IMG/VR virus record: IMGVR_UViG_3300030095_004690
Span: 1-29,271 of that record
Direction: 5' to 3' (one strand)
DNA: 29,271 bases
From: a virus
Taxonomy: Duplodnaviria > Caudoviricetes
In this document: positions 28,639 through 29,271 of the stretch, piece after piece
Layout of the letters: each line of letters starts with the position of its first letter
Numbering within the stretch: position 1 is the first letter of the stretch
Made by a program: the position numbers and the translations under genes
Notes under the pieces: model-generated
Databases searched by the model: none
Seen by the model: the letters and a program-made list of their open reading frames with translations, nothing else
Told to the model about the DNA's origin: nothing

Positions 28639-28859
28639 CCACACCCCCGTTCCATGGTGTGGGTGTTATGCGTCCAACATGAAAGTTTCTTCCAGTACTA
28701 CACGTTGCAGACTGTCTCTTAGATATCGATAGTATTCCTGCTCAGCAGCATCTCCACCTGGCCATTGGTCAAGAGCGAAATGAACTGCCTTGAGCATCAT
28801 CTTTAAAGAGGTGGCTGTAAATTGTAACTCGTAGATGTTTTCTTCCATGAGGATGAACG
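28639..28859 (-). ncRNA. Downstream-peptide RNA (glutamine-II riboswitch-like) with ORF-containing P2 loop
   Basis: 5' CGTTCATCC (28859-28851); GGACGCA (28675-28669); CCATGGAACGGGGG (28657-28644); pseudoknot CCACACC/GGTGTGG; directly upstream of a YRG peptide. Confidence 0.8.
28666..28848 (-). CDS. 60-aa hypothetical protein nested in the riboswitch
   Basis: ORF track; helical, protein-like sequence with WPGGD..EQ motif. Confidence 0.7.
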   Translation of the reverse strand: MEENIYELQFTATSLKMMLKAVHFALDQWPGGDAAEQEYYRYLRDSLQRVVLEETFMLDA

Positions 28860-28867
28860 TACGTTAC

Positions 28868-29239
28868 TTAGAACTTATATTTCAGGCCAGCTTTTACTCC
28901 AACTGAGACGTTCTCAAACTCCAATCCTTCTGGTGTCATCGCAGCAACTTCACCATATACTGAGGTCTTCTCAGTAACAGTGACGCTACCACCAACCTTT
29001 CCAGATACTGCGGTGACCGAATCAGAACCATCAGGGAAGTTAAGTGCTGGGCCACCTTGGATGTACCAAGATGAAGCATTCACTTCCCCTTCAACACCAA
29101 AATGGGTCTCCAGCAAAGTGGAACCGTAGTCATTGCCAGCGAAGCCTGAGTTGGATTCAACGTTGACATAAGCACCTGCGTATACAGGAGCAGAAAAGGA
29201 AGCCACCGCAATGGTGGTAAGGAAAAGTTTGTTAGTCAT
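28868..29239 (-). CDS. small outer-membrane beta-barrel protein
   Basis: Sec signal peptide (KLFLTTIAVASFSAPVYA), alternating amphipathic strands, C-terminal beta-signal ...VKAGLKYKF. Confidence 0.8.
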   Translation of the reverse strand: MTNKLFLTTIAVASFSAPVYAGAYVNVESNSGFAGNDYGSTLLETHFGVEGEVNASSWYIQGGPALNFPDGSDSVTAVSGKVGGSVTVTEKTSVYGEVAAMTPEGLEFENVSVGVKAGLKYKF

Positions 29240-29271
29240 ACTATTCATTTAAAATTGATACGATAGGTACT

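Noticed and set aside
28523-28732. 69-aa plus-strand ORF
   Set aside because: Antisense to the YRG peptide, riboswitch and nested ORF, which are much better supported

Overview
The window is the late (virion and packaging) half of a T7-like marine cyanopodovirus (Autographiviridae, P-SSP7/Syn5/S-CBP-like; host probably Synechococcus/Prochlorococcus). All credible genes are on the minus strand. Right to left: a small outer-membrane beta-barrel gene, an RNA-rich leader, major capsid, a T-phi-like terminator, tail tube A/B, three internal virion proteins (the gp15-like one has a C-terminal lytic transglycosylase), a collagen-containing gp17 tail fiber, five accessory fiber/chaperone genes, small lysis-like genes, terS, two HNH-type genes, a 435-aa orphan, terL and thyX. 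After thyX come a probable genome-end junction and sigma70-driven small early genes. The most striking element is upstream of the capsid gene. There, a Downstream-peptide (glutamine-II riboswitch-like) RNA appears to carry a complete 60-codon gene inside its P2 loop, with an extended P2 stem pairing that gene's own start codon to its 3' end. It is followed by an unannotated 34-aa YRG (DUF4278-like) peptide whose stop codon overlaps a tRNA-like mini-element, and then by further hairpins. All family assignments come from motif recognition by eye; no database searches were run.
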